A stretch of 64,000 nucleotides of DNA from Syntrophorhabdaceae bacterium (GTDB taxonomy: Bacteria; Desulfobacterota; Deferrimicrobia; Deferrimicrobiales; Deferrimicrobiaceae). This document shows positions 48,905 to 58,316 of this stretch, one piece after another (within the stretch, counting starts at the first letter, position 1; each line of letters begins with the position of its first letter). The position numbers and the translations under genes were made by a program. The stretch covers positions 4,612-68,611 of the forward strand of contig WRHP01000002.1 of NCBI GenBank assembly GCA_009783195.1, in the 5' to 3' direction. The notes beneath the pieces were generated by a model. It was given only the letters and a program-made list of their open reading frames with translations. It had not been told where the DNA came from and ran no database searches.

Positions 48905-49339
48905 ATGTCAATTCTGTTTGAGCCGATAGGCGTCATCCATACCTCGTTTGCGACGCTTGACCAGGTTCCAAGCCAGGGCACGCTTGCCCCGGATTCAAGA
49001 GGAGCCGTCGAGGTGTTTCCCGGATTCGAGGAGGGGCTTAAAAGTGTGGAGACGTTCACCCATATCATTCTCCTGTATCACTTCGACCGGGCCTGGGAGA
49101 CAAAGCTTACGCTTCTGAGTTCGCAAGACAAGCTGCCTCGCGGGGTGTTTGCGTCCAGGCACCCTTGCCGTCCAAACGGTATCGGGTTTACCGTAGCGCG
49201 GTTGCTGGAGCGCGTTGGGAACCGGCTTGAAGTTTCAGGCGTCGATATTCTTGATGGCACTCCGCTGCTTGACATCAAACCGTACATGAGGAGATTCGAT
49301 TGTTTTCCGGATGCGGGAGAAGGCTGGGCGGCGCGATAA
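48905..49339 (+). CDS. TsaA/YaeB (TrmO-like) SAM-dependent methyltransferase family protein, short form
   Basis: IGVIHT.F......P.QG........VEVFP.F.EGL..VE.F.HIILLYHF....................GVFA.R.P.RPN.IG...A.L....GN.L.V.G.D.LDGTPLLDIKPY is the TsaA-like N-terminal domain signature. Confidence 0.85.
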   Translation: MSILFEPIGVIHTSFATLDQVPSQGTLAPDSRGAVEVFPGFEEGLKSVETFTHIILLYHFDRAWETKLTLLSSQDKLPRGVFASRHPCRPNGIGFTVARLLERVGNRLEVSGVDILDGTPLLDIKPYMRRFDCFPDAGEGWAAR

Positions 49340-49379
49340 GGTTTTACCATGTTGAAAATATGAAGATTCGGAGGAAGTC

Positions 49380-49898
49380 ATGCGAAATATTTTCTTGGCA
49401 GCCTTGCTTATGGTTATGTTTTTGCCAACGTCGGATGCGGCACAGGATGCCGCCAAAACGGAATCTGAGTGGTACGTAAATATGAAGTACGGTTTTAGTG
49501 TCGAGTACCAGAAAAAGTTTTTTCTTCCGCAAGGAGAAAAGACCGACGGAAGCGGGCAAAACTTTCGTTCGATGGACGGCAAAGCCATTGTCTCGGTGTA
49601 CGGGTACGATGCCAATGAGTACCCTAGCTTAACCTCTGTATTCAACGAAACGCTTCAAAATTTGAGTAACGAAGGCTGGAAGGTCGTACATAAGTCGATC
49701 AAGGGCGACACGTTTATCCTGCAGGGGACCAGAGAGACAGTCATTTTTTACAAGAAAATTGTGTACAACAACAAGAGCCGGCAGTTCGTCAACTTCGAGG
49801 CGGTTTATGATGCCACAAAGAGCAAATTTTATGAGACCGCCATTTCTTCAATGGCCGGAAGCCTGAAAATGTTACACATCGCTGGCGCCGGAAGGTAA
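49380..49898 (+). CDS. Hypothetical secreted protein
   Basis: GGAGGA SD and signal peptide MRNIFLAALLMVMFLPTSDA. I recognise no family. Confidence 0.55.
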   Translation: MRNIFLAALLMVMFLPTSDAAQDAAKTESEWYVNMKYGFSVEYQKKFFLPQGEKTDGSGQNFRSMDGKAIVSVYGYDANEYPSLTSVFNETLQNLSNEGWKVVHKSIKGDTFILQGTRETVIFYKKIVYNNKSRQFVNFEAVYDATKSKFYETAISSMAGSLKMLHIAGAGR

Positions 49899-50552
49899 TG
49901 AACTTAAGTTAATGAAATTTTTTCCGACAAGAGGTTAAATGTAACGATAGTCAAATAAAAAAATATCGGTATCCGGCATGGAAAAGAACCGAAAGCGAAG
50001 TATGTGTGCCGTGAAATACGATTACCGGAAGAAACCTATGGTCCTTCTCGGTTGGGGGCTTGCTTCCGACTTTGATGTGTACGGCGATTCCCGCCGGGGA
50101 CGGTTTTTACGGGTTCTGCCGCTGTTGTTTGCCATTGCGTTGTTTGTTCTGCTCTCTGTTATCTGGTAGGCCGAAGCGCTTTCCCGCCTGTTTTCCTGAA
50201 ATCTTTCCATTTCGGTATTGTGTTGGCTGCGCCTGGAAACCTATGCCCTCGCCGGAGAACTCCTGCGCGATTTTTGTCCGCTGTGATTGATGTCGCCCAG
50301 ATCTTCCTCAAAAAATGCTGCGAAAATGGACCTGAAACCATAATGAACCAACAGGTTGCTTGCTGGCCGTCATTAGAAATTAATGCCTGGTGATGTATCT
50401 GGGTTTAATGGTCGTTGGGTTGCCGTCTCCGCGAGGAAACGCGGCGACGCCGCAGTGTTATGGCCGATCGCTGCGTATGTGCGGTAAAATAGTTACATAA
50501 AACGAAATTCTTGCGGCGCTTAAAAAAGTAAGGGGCGCCTTGAGAGGGATGA

Positions 50553-50843
50553 ATGTACAAATCTCCAAGATCCGTTCTGATCGCGGAATTGTGCTATTTC
50601 CTCACCGTCATGCTGGGGATTGTAGCGGGATACGTATTCTGGGACAGACACATCGCGTCGAAGGTCTCCGCCGATGCCGAATTCGGGGTGGCTACCACAT
50701 ACCCCATGCTTGCCATGATTGTCTTTGCCGTAGTGGTCGTCTTCCTGTTCACGCTGCGGCGGATTCTGGTCAAGGCCGGTGTGCTGGCCAAAGAGGAATC
50801 GTTGAGGTATCTCTATTCGAGATCGTGGTACGTCAAGGAATAG
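50553..50843 (+). CDS. Hypothetical small membrane protein
   Basis: 96-aa ORF with two hydrophobic helices (LIAELCYFLTVMLGIVAGYVF; YPMLAMIVFAVVVVFLFTL). I recognise no family. Confidence 0.4.
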   Translation: MYKSPRSVLIAELCYFLTVMLGIVAGYVFWDRHIASKVSADAEFGVATTYPMLAMIVFAVVVVFLFTLRRILVKAGVLAKEESLRYLYSRSWYVKE

Positions 50844-51005
50844 GCTTAAAACATCATCGAAAAGCATTCAAGCAACGGCCAAAGCGTCGATACGATGCGG
50901 CCGGCATTTCGCTTTGAAGCCGACGCGTTGACCGGCTAAACCGGTTGCCATGCGCGAGGGTTGCGCTTTTGCGTTCCGTTTTGCTTATACGTGGGCTTGC
51001 CTGTT

Positions 51006-52874
51006 TTACTGCTTCAGCAGGTCTTGACGGCAGTAGGGGCAGAACTTCCAGTCCTGCGACAAAGTCCGGCGGCATCCGTGGCAGACGGAAACGACGGAGT
51101 GGCCGCACGCGGGACACATGACGAAGTCCGCCTCCATCGGTGTTGTGCATTGCGGACAGGCGGAGGTGAAATTTGTGTCGATCTCAACCACCCGCAATAC
51201 TTCGTCCACCGTTGTGATTCCGGCAGTCACCTTGTCCAGCGCGTTGCGTCCGAGAGTGATCATTCCGCGGGAGATCGATGTTTGGCGGATCTCGTTTTCG
51301 GTTGCGTTTGAAGCGATAAGGTCGCGGATAGACTGCGAAAGAACCATTATCTCGTAGATGCCGGTGCGTCCTTTATACCCTGTGCCGTTGCAGGCTGGGC
51401 ATCCTTCTCCGTAATAGATGGGGGTGTCGGGCTTGAGTCCCATCCGCAGTATCTCAAGTTCCGTTGGAGTTTTCTGCACAGTGCATTTGGTGCAGATTGT
51501 CCGAACCAGCCGCTGGGCGACGATTCCAATGATCGTGGTGGCAATAAGGTAGGAAGGGATTCCAAGGTCGCGCAACCTGCTTACCGTGGCGGCGCAATTG
51601 TTCGTGTGTATCGTTGAAAAAACGAGGTGTCCGGTCAGTGCCGCCTGGACGGCGATGGAGGCTGTTTCTCCGTCCCGCATTTCTCCAAGCATGATGATGT
51701 CGGGGTCCTGCCGCAACAGGGAACGGAGCATAGAGGGGAACGTCAGCCCGATTTTTTCGTTCACCGCCACCTGGTTTATCTCTGACAGCTCGTACTCGAC
51801 CGGGTCTTCGATGGTTGTTATGTTTTCTGTTTCCGTCTTGATCTGGTTGAGGATTCCGTATAGGGTTGTGGTTTTTCCGGACCCCGTTGGTCCGGTGATG
51901 AGGACGATTCCCTGCGGCCGGTTGATGATGTCCTCCATCAATCCAAGCTCGGATGGGGTCAGCCCCATGTCTTTAAGAGAGATTTCCGCGTTGGCGGAAT
52001 CAAGGAGCCGGATAACCACCTTTTCCCCATAATTCGCGGGGATTGTGGAGATCCGCAGGTCGAGGTTTTTCCCTCCGATGCGGACGCTGATTCGCCCGTC
52101 CTGGGGAAGACGTTTCTCGGCGATATCCATCTTCGCCATGATCTTCACCCGGGAAATAACGGCACCCTGGACCCATTTGGGCAGATCCATTGTCTTGGTA
52201 AGTAGTCCGTCGATCCGGTTGCGGATCTGAAGGGCTGTTTTGACAGGCTCAATATGGATGTCGGAGGCGCCTTTTTCCGCCGCGTCCGAGATGATCAGAT
52301 TGACCATGCGGATGACGGGGGCCGCTTCCGATTTTTTACGGAGATCCTCCGTTTCCGGGTCGCCGCCTGTATCGTGCTGTTCTCCAAGCACCTCCACCAT
52401 ACGCTCGTCGGCGATATTCTTGACGATGTTTGTCAAGGAAGAACCAAGATGGTAGTGCTGATCGATAGCCCAGATTATGTCGGAGCGGGTGGCCAGAAGC
52501 GGCCGGGTGGTATGCCCGGAAGCGAACCGGACATCCTCGAACGCCTCGAAACTCAAAGGGTCCGCCATTGCTATATGAAGCTCTTTCTGGTCGATGGAAA
52601 TGGGAATAATCAGGTGTTTGCGAGCGACTTTTTCGCTGATCAGTTCTATGGCTTGAGGTTCGACCGGCGTGTTCCGAAGGTCGATGAGGGGGATTCCCAA
52701 CTGAATGGAGAGAGCCTGGGCGATCTCGATGTCAGAGGCAAGACCAAGAGAAGCAATGACATCGCCAAGTTTTTCTTTTTTAGACCGTTGTTCGGAAAGT
52801 GCCTTGGAAAGGTCCGCTTCGGAAATGAGACCGGTTTCGACGAGAAACTCGCCCAGCCGCTTTTTTTTCACCAA
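51006..52874 (-). CDS. PilB/GspE/MshE-family secretion ATPase with an N-terminal MshEN-type domain and a C-terminal double zinc ribbon
   Basis: N-terminus RLGEFLVETGLISEADLSKALSEQ-RSKKE-KLGDVIASLGLASDIEIAQALSIQ. Walker A GPTGSGKTTT, Walker B DPDIIMLGEMRD, His box GHLVFSTIHTN, and the tetracysteine CTKC...CPAC. An extra roughly 55-aa tail carries four CxxC pairs (CPQC..CPAC..CHGC..CPYC). Confidence 0.9.
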   Translation of the reverse strand: MVKKKRLGEFLVETGLISEADLSKALSEQRSKKEKLGDVIASLGLASDIEIAQALSIQLGIPLIDLRNTPVEPQAIELISEKVARKHLIIPISIDQKELHIAMADPLSFEAFEDVRFASGHTTRPLLATRSDIIWAIDQHYHLGSSLTNIVKNIADERMVEVLGEQHDTGGDPETEDLRKKSEAAPVIRMVNLIISDAAEKGASDIHIEPVKTALQIRNRIDGLLTKTMDLPKWVQGAVISRVKIMAKMDIAEKRLPQDGRISVRIGGKNLDLRISTIPANYGEKVVIRLLDSANAEISLKDMGLTPSELGLMEDIINRPQGIVLITGPTGSGKTTTLYGILNQIKTETENITTIEDPVEYELSEINQVAVNEKIGLTFPSMLRSLLRQDPDIIMLGEMRDGETASIAVQAALTGHLVFSTIHTNNCAATVSRLRDLGIPSYLIATTIIGIVAQRLVRTICTKCTVQKTPTELEILRMGLKPDTPIYYGEGCPACNGTGYKGRTGIYEIMVLSQSIRDLIASNATENEIRQTSISRGMITLGRNALDKVTAGITTVDEVLRVVEIDTNFTSACPQCTTPMEADFVMCPACGHSVVSVCHGCRRTLSQDWKFCPYCRQDLLKQ

Positions 52875-52983
52875 GGTTGAAAATTACTCCGGAAAGAATG
52901 TTGAACACCTCATGTAAACACGAAAAAATGCCAATTAGCAATATAAAATAGAAATGGAAACATTTCCTCGAAAGGGAATTCTC

Positions 52984-53226
52984 ATGAATATGAAAACCAA
53001 AAAAAGACTCATAGGCCTGAAGGAAGGCTGTTCGCATACCCAAGGCAATCATCAGAGCATGAAATGCGATCGTTGCGGTGGCTCGATGATTTTCGAGCGG
53101 TTCCAGGCCACGATGGAAATTTTCTACGCATGGCGTTGTGTAAATTGCGGAGACATAATGGACCCGGTGGTCCAAAAGAACCGGGAACTGGTAATGGCGC
53201 AGAAGAAGCAGGCAGCCGGAGGGTAG
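52984..53226 (+). CDS. Hypothetical small zinc-ribbon protein
   Basis: 80-aa ORF with CDRCGG...x24...CVNCGD (a 4-Cys ribbon). AAAGGGA SD 6 nt before ATG 52984. Divergent from the PilB-like ATPase. Confidence 0.45.
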   Translation: MNMKTKKRLIGLKEGCSHTQGNHQSMKCDRCGGSMIFERFQATMEIFYAWRCVNCGDIMDPVVQKNRELVMAQKKQAAGG

Positions 53227-53541
53227 CGTAATAGGCGGATATTAAAGCGAAATACGACGATACGGCGTTTTGGTTTTCAGTTGAAAGCTAAAAAACAGCA
53301 AAATAAACCGGAATGGCGTTTTGCCCTCAAGCGTTTTGCCTGACTTGACTCTGTTTAGTTGGACGGTTTTAGTTTTTGATGTTTTGCCGCGTTGTTTTTG
53401 CCGTCTGGGGCCGCGTTAGCGGAGCCGGGGCAAATCCCGCTCGTTTTTCTTAAAGTAAGGTTATTATACTGAGAAAATTGACGGGCCTTTAAGGGCGGTA
53501 TCCCTTCCGGGCGCGGGCTTTTCTATTGGAGACAACCAGGA

Positions 53542-56082
53542 ATGATAACTGATTTTCTTAAGAAGATTTTTGGAACGCAGAACGAGCGGACCATTTCGCG
53601 GATTCGCCCGGTCGTGGATCACATCAATTCTTTGGAAGCGCCGCTTCTTTCCCTTACCGACGACCGGCTTGCCGCGATGATCGCGGGATACAAGGAGCGC
53701 GTTGCCAAAGGGGAGCCGCTCGACGATCTCCTTCCCGAGACATTTGCCGTTGTCCGGGAGGCGGGACGGCGCGTTCTAAACATGCGCCATTTCGATGTCC
53801 AGTTGATCGGCGGGACGGTTCTTCATGAAGGGCGCATCGCCGAGATGCGGACCGGCGAGGGCAAGACGCTTGTGGCGACGCTTCCGATCGTTTTGAATGC
53901 CCTCACCGGACGCGGTGTACACCTGATCACCGTGAACGACTACCTTGCCAAGCGTGACGCCGAATGGATGGGGCAGTTGTACCGGTTTCTTGGGATGTCC
54001 GTGGGCGTCATCGTTCACGGAATGGACGACGCGGAGCGGCAGGCTTCCTACCGTTGCGATGTCACCTACGGAACGAACAACGAGTTCGGTTTTGACTACC
54101 TGCGCGATAACATGAAGTTCCTTCTCGAAGATATGGTCCAGAGGGATCTGCACTACGCGATTGTTGACGAGGTTGACTCGATCCTGGTTGACGAGGCCCG
54201 GACTCCGCTGATTATCTCCGGCCCGGCTGAAAAATCGACAGACCTTTACGTCCGGGTAAACTCGGTGGTTCCGTTCCTCAAAAAGGACGATGACTACAAG
54301 GTGGACGAGAAGGCAAAACAGGTGTTGCTGACCGAAGATTCAGGAATTCCCAAACTCGAACGGCTCCTGGAGGTGAATAACCTCTACGATCCGAACAACA
54401 TCGAGATTCTCCATCATGTCAACCAGGCCCTAAAGGCCCACGTTCTTTTCCATCGTGATGTTGATTACATGATCAAGGACGGCGAAGTGATCATCGTCGA
54501 CGAGTTTACCGGCCGGCTTATGCCTGGGCGGCGCTGGTCCGACGGGCTCCATCAGGCTGTTGAAGCCAAGGAAGGGGTCAAGATCGAAAACGAGAACCAG
54601 ACGCTGGCGACCATCACATTCCAGAACTATTTCCGCATGTTCGAGAAGCTGGCCGGCATGACCGGCACAGCCGATACGGAAGCGGCGGAGTTCCAGGAAA
54701 TCTACAAGCTGGGCGTTACCATCATTCCCACGAACCAGCCTATGATCCGCGAAGATTTATCCGATCAGATCTACCGTACCGAGAGGGAGAAGTTCCAGGC
54801 GGTGCTTGAAGAAGTAAAAGAACTCCACGAGCAGGGAAGACCGGTGCTGGTGGGCACGGTCTCCATTGAAAAGTCCGAGCGGGTCTCCGGGCTGCTTACG
54901 CGCCACGGCGTTCCCCACAATGTGCTTAACGCGAAACACCACGAGAAAGAGGCGCAGATCATCGCCGAAGCGGGGCAGCCGGGTAAAGTTACCATCGCCA
55001 CGAACATGGCGGGCCGCGGCGTGGACATCAAGCTTGGCGAAGGAGTCATCGAAAAAGGCGGGCTCCACATCATTGGCACTGAACGCCATGAATCGCGTCG
55101 GGTGGACAACCAGCTTCGCGGGCGCGCGGGACGGCAGGGCGACCCGGGGTCTTCGCGGTTTTTTCTGTCGCTCGAGGACGACTTGCTGCGCATTTTCGGC
55201 TCGGACCGGATTTCGCCGATCATGGAGAAGCTGGGGATGGAAGAAGGGGACCCGATCGAGCATCCCCTCGTGAATAAAGCGGTCGAGAATGCGCAGAAGA
55301 AAGTAGAGGCGCACAACTTCGACATCCGGAAGCATCTTCTCCAGTACGACGACGTTATGAACAAGCAGCGCAAGGTTATCTACGAAATGCGCCGGGAAGT
55401 GCTTGGAAGCGAGAATCTGCGCGACATGGCGATGGAGTTTACGGAGGAGCTTTCGGAAAACATCGCCGCGTCGGTTTCCGACGAAAGGACGCATCCGGAG
55501 GAGTGGGACTACGAAGGCTTGCGTAACGCCGTTGCCGCGCAGTTCGGATTTCGCCTCGAAATACCGGAGGAGGAGCGGGCATCCCTAAAGAGAGAAGAGT
55601 TGGAGAAAGGGATCATGGAGGGCGCCAGGCAGTTCTACGAACAGAAAGAGCGGGAGTACGGCGAAGATTTCATGCGGTACTTCGAAAAGATGTTCTTCCT
55701 TTCCACCGTGGATGCTTTGTGGAAGGACCATCTGCTGTCGATGGACCATCTGAAAGAGGGGATCGGTCTTCGGGGATACGGACAGAAAGATCCGCTAAAA
55801 GAATACCAGCGCGAAGGGTATGACCTGTTTTCCGACATGGCCATCCGGGTTAAAGAGGAAGCGATCAAGCGCCTGTACACCGTTAAAGTTCAAAAGGAAG
55901 GGGAAACCGCGGCGGTTCCGACCCATTCTCCGGGCCCAAGGCGCGTTTCCCTTTCGCGCGGCGACATCAAGAGCGCCGGGGAAACCACCCAGAAGCGGCA
56001 GGGGGTCAAGGTTGGGCGGAACGACCCGTGTCCTTGCGGGTCCGGGAAAAAGTACAAGAAGTGCTGCGGCCGGGAGGCGTAA
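53542..56082 (+). CDS. secA: Preprotein translocase ATPase SecA
   Basis: Canonical SecA throughout ([29 protein letters not shown]; [19 protein letters not shown]; [13 protein letters not shown]). The C-terminal Zn motif is [14 protein letters not shown]. Confidence 0.98.
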   Translation: MITDFLKKIFGTQNERTISRIRPVVDHINSLEAPLLSLTDDRLAAMIAGYKERVAKGEPLDDLLPETFAVVREAGRRVLNMRHFDVQLIGGTVLHEGRIAEMRTGEGKTLVATLPIVLNALTGRGVHLITVNDYLAKRDAEWMGQLYRFLGMSVGVIVHGMDDAERQASYRCDVTYGTNNEFGFDYLRDNMKFLLEDMVQRDLHYAIVDEVDSILVDEARTPLIISGPAEKSTDLYVRVNSVVPFLKKDDDYKVDEKAKQVLLTEDSGIPKLERLLEVNNLYDPNNIEILHHVNQALKAHVLFHRDVDYMIKDGEVIIVDEFTGRLMPGRRWSDGLHQAVEAKEGVKIENENQTLATITFQNYFRMFEKLAGMTGTADTEAAEFQEIYKLGVTIIPTNQPMIREDLSDQIYRTEREKFQAVLEEVKELHEQGRPVLVGTVSIEKSERVSGLLTRHGVPHNVLNAKHHEKEAQIIAEAGQPGKVTIATNMAGRGVDIKLGEGVIEKGGLHIIGTERHESRRVDNQLRGRAGRQGDPGSSRFFLSLEDDLLRIFGSDRISPIMEKLGMEEGDPIEHPLVNKAVENAQKKVEAHNFDIRKHLLQYDDVMNKQRKVIYEMRREVLGSENLRDMAMEFTEELSENIAASVSDERTHPEEWDYEGLRNAVAAQFGFRLEIPEEERASLKREELEKGIMEGARQFYEQKEREYGEDFMRYFEKMFFLSTVDALWKDHLLSMDHLKEGIGLRGYGQKDPLKEYQREGYDLFSDMAIRVKEEAIKRLYTVKVQKEGETAAVPTHSPGPRRVSLSRGDIKSAGETTQKRQGVKVGRNDPCPCGSGKKYKKCCGREA

Positions 56083-57276
56083 GTGAAACCGGGTAAAAAA
56101 ATGGCGGTTTCGGGGTTTCGCGGGGCGGGGATAGCGTGCGGCTTGAAGCGTTCGGGAAAGCCGGATCTTGCGCTGGTAGTCAGCGACAGGCCGTGTGTTT
56201 CCGCGGCGGTTTTTACAAAAAACAAAATTGTGGCCGCGCCTGTCGAATGGGGAAAGGCTCTTCGAAGCCGCGGACGGCTGCGCGGGATTATCGTCAACAG
56301 CGGCAACGCAAATGCCTGCACGGGCGAAGAGGGTATCAAGGCGGTCCGGGAGATTTCCCGCGTTGCGTGCGAGGCCTTGAAGCTGCCTCCCGACTCGCTG
56401 CTGGTCGGGTCCACAGGCGTTATCGGCGTTCCCTTGCCGCTTGGAAAGATATTGTCCGCGATTCCGGGTATTGCCGGTCGCCTCTCTCCGGAAGGAATCG
56501 CAATGGCCGGCGAGGCGATAAGAACGACCGACGCGTTTCCAAAGCGTGGGGTTCGTACTTTCCGCGTTGGCGGCAAGACCGTAACGGTCGCCGCGATTGC
56601 CAAAGGGGCCGGTATGATGGCTCCCAACATGGGGACGCTGCTTGCTTACGTGTTTACCGATGCGGCGCTGCGCCCCGCCGACGCGCGGCGCGCGTTGCGG
56701 GAAGCCGCGGATGCTTCCTTCAACCGGATCGTGGTGGACGGCGACACGAGTACCAATGACACGGTTGCCCTGTTTGCAAACGGGGCGTGCGGCCTGCCTC
56801 CTTTTGCCGGGGCGGAACTGAAAAGTTTCATCGACGCTCTGCGCTCTTTGCTGCTTGATCTGGCCCTTATGGTTGTGCGGGACGGAGAAGGAGCAACACG
56901 CGTTGTGCGGATCGGGGTGTCCGGGGCGAGGTCGGCGGCGGAAGCCGAGCGCGGCGCCAGAGCGGTGGCGACTTCGCCTCTGGTCAAGACGGCCGTGTAC
57001 GGCGCGGATATCAACTGGGGGCGTGTTATCGCGGCGCTGGGCCGGGCCGGGATTCATATTGACCCAATGAAGGTTTCGATGCGTTACGCCGGAGAACTGG
57101 TACTGCGGCGTGGGATGCGTCCCGATCCGGAGGCGGAGCGGCGCGCAACCCCCAAGATCCGGAAGGAGTCGTACGCGATTGATGTTGAACTTGGCGTAGG
57201 GAAAGGGAGTTCTTACCTCTACTTCTCGGATCTGACGAACAAATACGTCAAGATCAATTCCGGGTACCGTAGCTGA
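56083..57276 (+). CDS. argJ: Bifunctional ornithine acetyltransferase / N-acetylglutamate synthase ArgJ
   Basis: GF.GAG.ACG.K.SGK.DLALVVSD, NSGNANACTG, the autoprocessing region MMAPNMGTLLAYVFTDA, and a C-terminal INSGYRS. GTG start directly after the secA stop. Confidence 0.95.
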   Translation: MKPGKKMAVSGFRGAGIACGLKRSGKPDLALVVSDRPCVSAAVFTKNKIVAAPVEWGKALRSRGRLRGIIVNSGNANACTGEEGIKAVREISRVACEALKLPPDSLLVGSTGVIGVPLPLGKILSAIPGIAGRLSPEGIAMAGEAIRTTDAFPKRGVRTFRVGGKTVTVAAIAKGAGMMAPNMGTLLAYVFTDAALRPADARRALREAADASFNRIVVDGDTSTNDTVALFANGACGLPPFAGAELKSFIDALRSLLLDLALMVVRDGEGATRVVRIGVSGARSAAEAERGARAVATSPLVKTAVYGADINWGRVIAALGRAGIHIDPMKVSMRYAGELVLRRGMRPDPEAERRATPKIRKESYAIDVELGVGKGSSYLYFSDLTNKYVKINSGYRS

Positions 57277-57300
57277 AGCGGGACCATAAGCGGTTTTTTA

Positions 57301-58316
57301 GAGCATTTTTGATTTAATTATTTACATATCCAGAGGAAGCAAAATAGTTGCTACATTCGTTTGGAGAAAAGAGCTTAAGTAGAGCACCAATCTTATCCCA
57401 GAGGGTGTCAACTGTACGAGTAGACGCCTTTCGCAGAAGGGTTTTGAGTTTGGCAAAGAGTTTCTCGATAGGGTTCAAATCGGGAGAGTAAGGCGGCAAG
57501 TAACGAATCGTAGCACCAACAGCCTCAATTGCTTCGCGCACACCTGCCACTTTGTGACTGGACAGGTTGTCGGCAATAACAATGTCGCCGGGCCGTAAGG
57601 CAGGGCACAGGAAAGCATGTACATAGGCCAGGAACAAAGCACCATCCATTGGCCCGTCAACCACCATCGGGGCCGTCACAGAATCGCAACGCAAAGCTGC
57701 AATGAAGGTTGTCGTATTCCAGTGCCCATGAGGCGCCGAGGCAACACAGCGCTCACCGCGCGGGGAACGTCCATACAAGGGGGTCATGCAGGTGTTTGCC
57801 CACATCTCGTCAAGGAATACCAGGCGAGCGGGATCCCATGTGCCCTGATACTGATGCCATTCATGGCGTGCCTGTTGAACATCTTCGCGCTCTTGCTCGC
57901 TGGCGCGTAGAGTTTTTTTTAAAGCTCAAGCCCCACTTGTCAAGCTGATGCCATAGCGCTGGTTCCTTGATCTGTACACCCTGCTGGGCCAATCGTTGGC
58001 ACATCTGAGCCAGTGTCAGGTCAGGCTCAGCTTTGATCCAGTCGCGTATGTTTGTCTCTAGGTGTGCGATACGAGACCGTCTATAGCCGCCAAGCTGATA
58101 ACTGCAACGTTCACCTTGATTACGAAAGCGATTCCTCACGTTGTAAACCCATATGCGGCTGACTTCCAAACGTTGGGCAATGTCACTTGGCCGTTCGCCA
58201 CGCTCCAAAGCTCGTAATACACGATCGCGCAAATCTTGAGAATAAGCGCTCATAATAAACCCTCCATATAGAGGGCTTCAGAATAACATGCGTAAATGAT
58301 TAAATCAAAAACGCTC
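57301..58316 (-). mobile_element. IS630-family insertion sequence (about 1016 bp) with terminal inverted repeats and a TA target duplication
   Basis: The left end GAGCATTTTTGATTTAATTATTTAC compares with the reverse complement of the right end GAGCGTTTTTGATTTAATCATTTAC (2 mismatches in 25). TA flanks both ends (57299-57300 and 58317-58318). The interior encodes a DD35E transposase. GC is lower than in the flanks. Confidence 0.88.
57314..58253 (-). CDS. IS630-family transposase, split into two frames at an A8 tract (slippage-dependent or frameshifted)
   Basis: ORF A (58253-57861) is an HTH region (SQDLRDRVLRALERGE...IAQRLEVSRIWVYNV). The downstream frame (open from the TGA just upstream of the tract down to 57314) reads ALKKTLRASEQEREDVQQARHEW...VFLDEMWAN...IADNLSSHK...PYSPDLNPIE (DD35E). 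The frames meet at the A8 tract (T8 on the + strand, 57913-57920). Confidence 0.85.

Noticed and set aside
49978-50341. 63-aa ORF (+, 49978-50169), plus 76-aa (+) and 60-aa (-) ORFs in the 49.9-50.5 kb gap
   Set aside because: They have no SD, no recognisable family and they conflict with one another. The 63-aa ORF has a C-terminal hydrophobic helix and might be real, but I cannot support it. The region may be degraded remnants.
50424-50449. Hairpin CGTCTCCGCG-aggaaa-CGCGGCGACG
   Set aside because: It is a single 10-bp stem with one mismatch, has no U-tract, does not recur elsewhere in the window and has no adjacent gene end. That is too little to call a terminator or an ncRNA.
55795-57057. 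420-aa ORF on the - strand (and 55890-56630, 246 aa)
   Set aside because: Both are antisense to the secA 3' end and argJ. The composition is Arg/Pro/Gly-rich and not protein-like.
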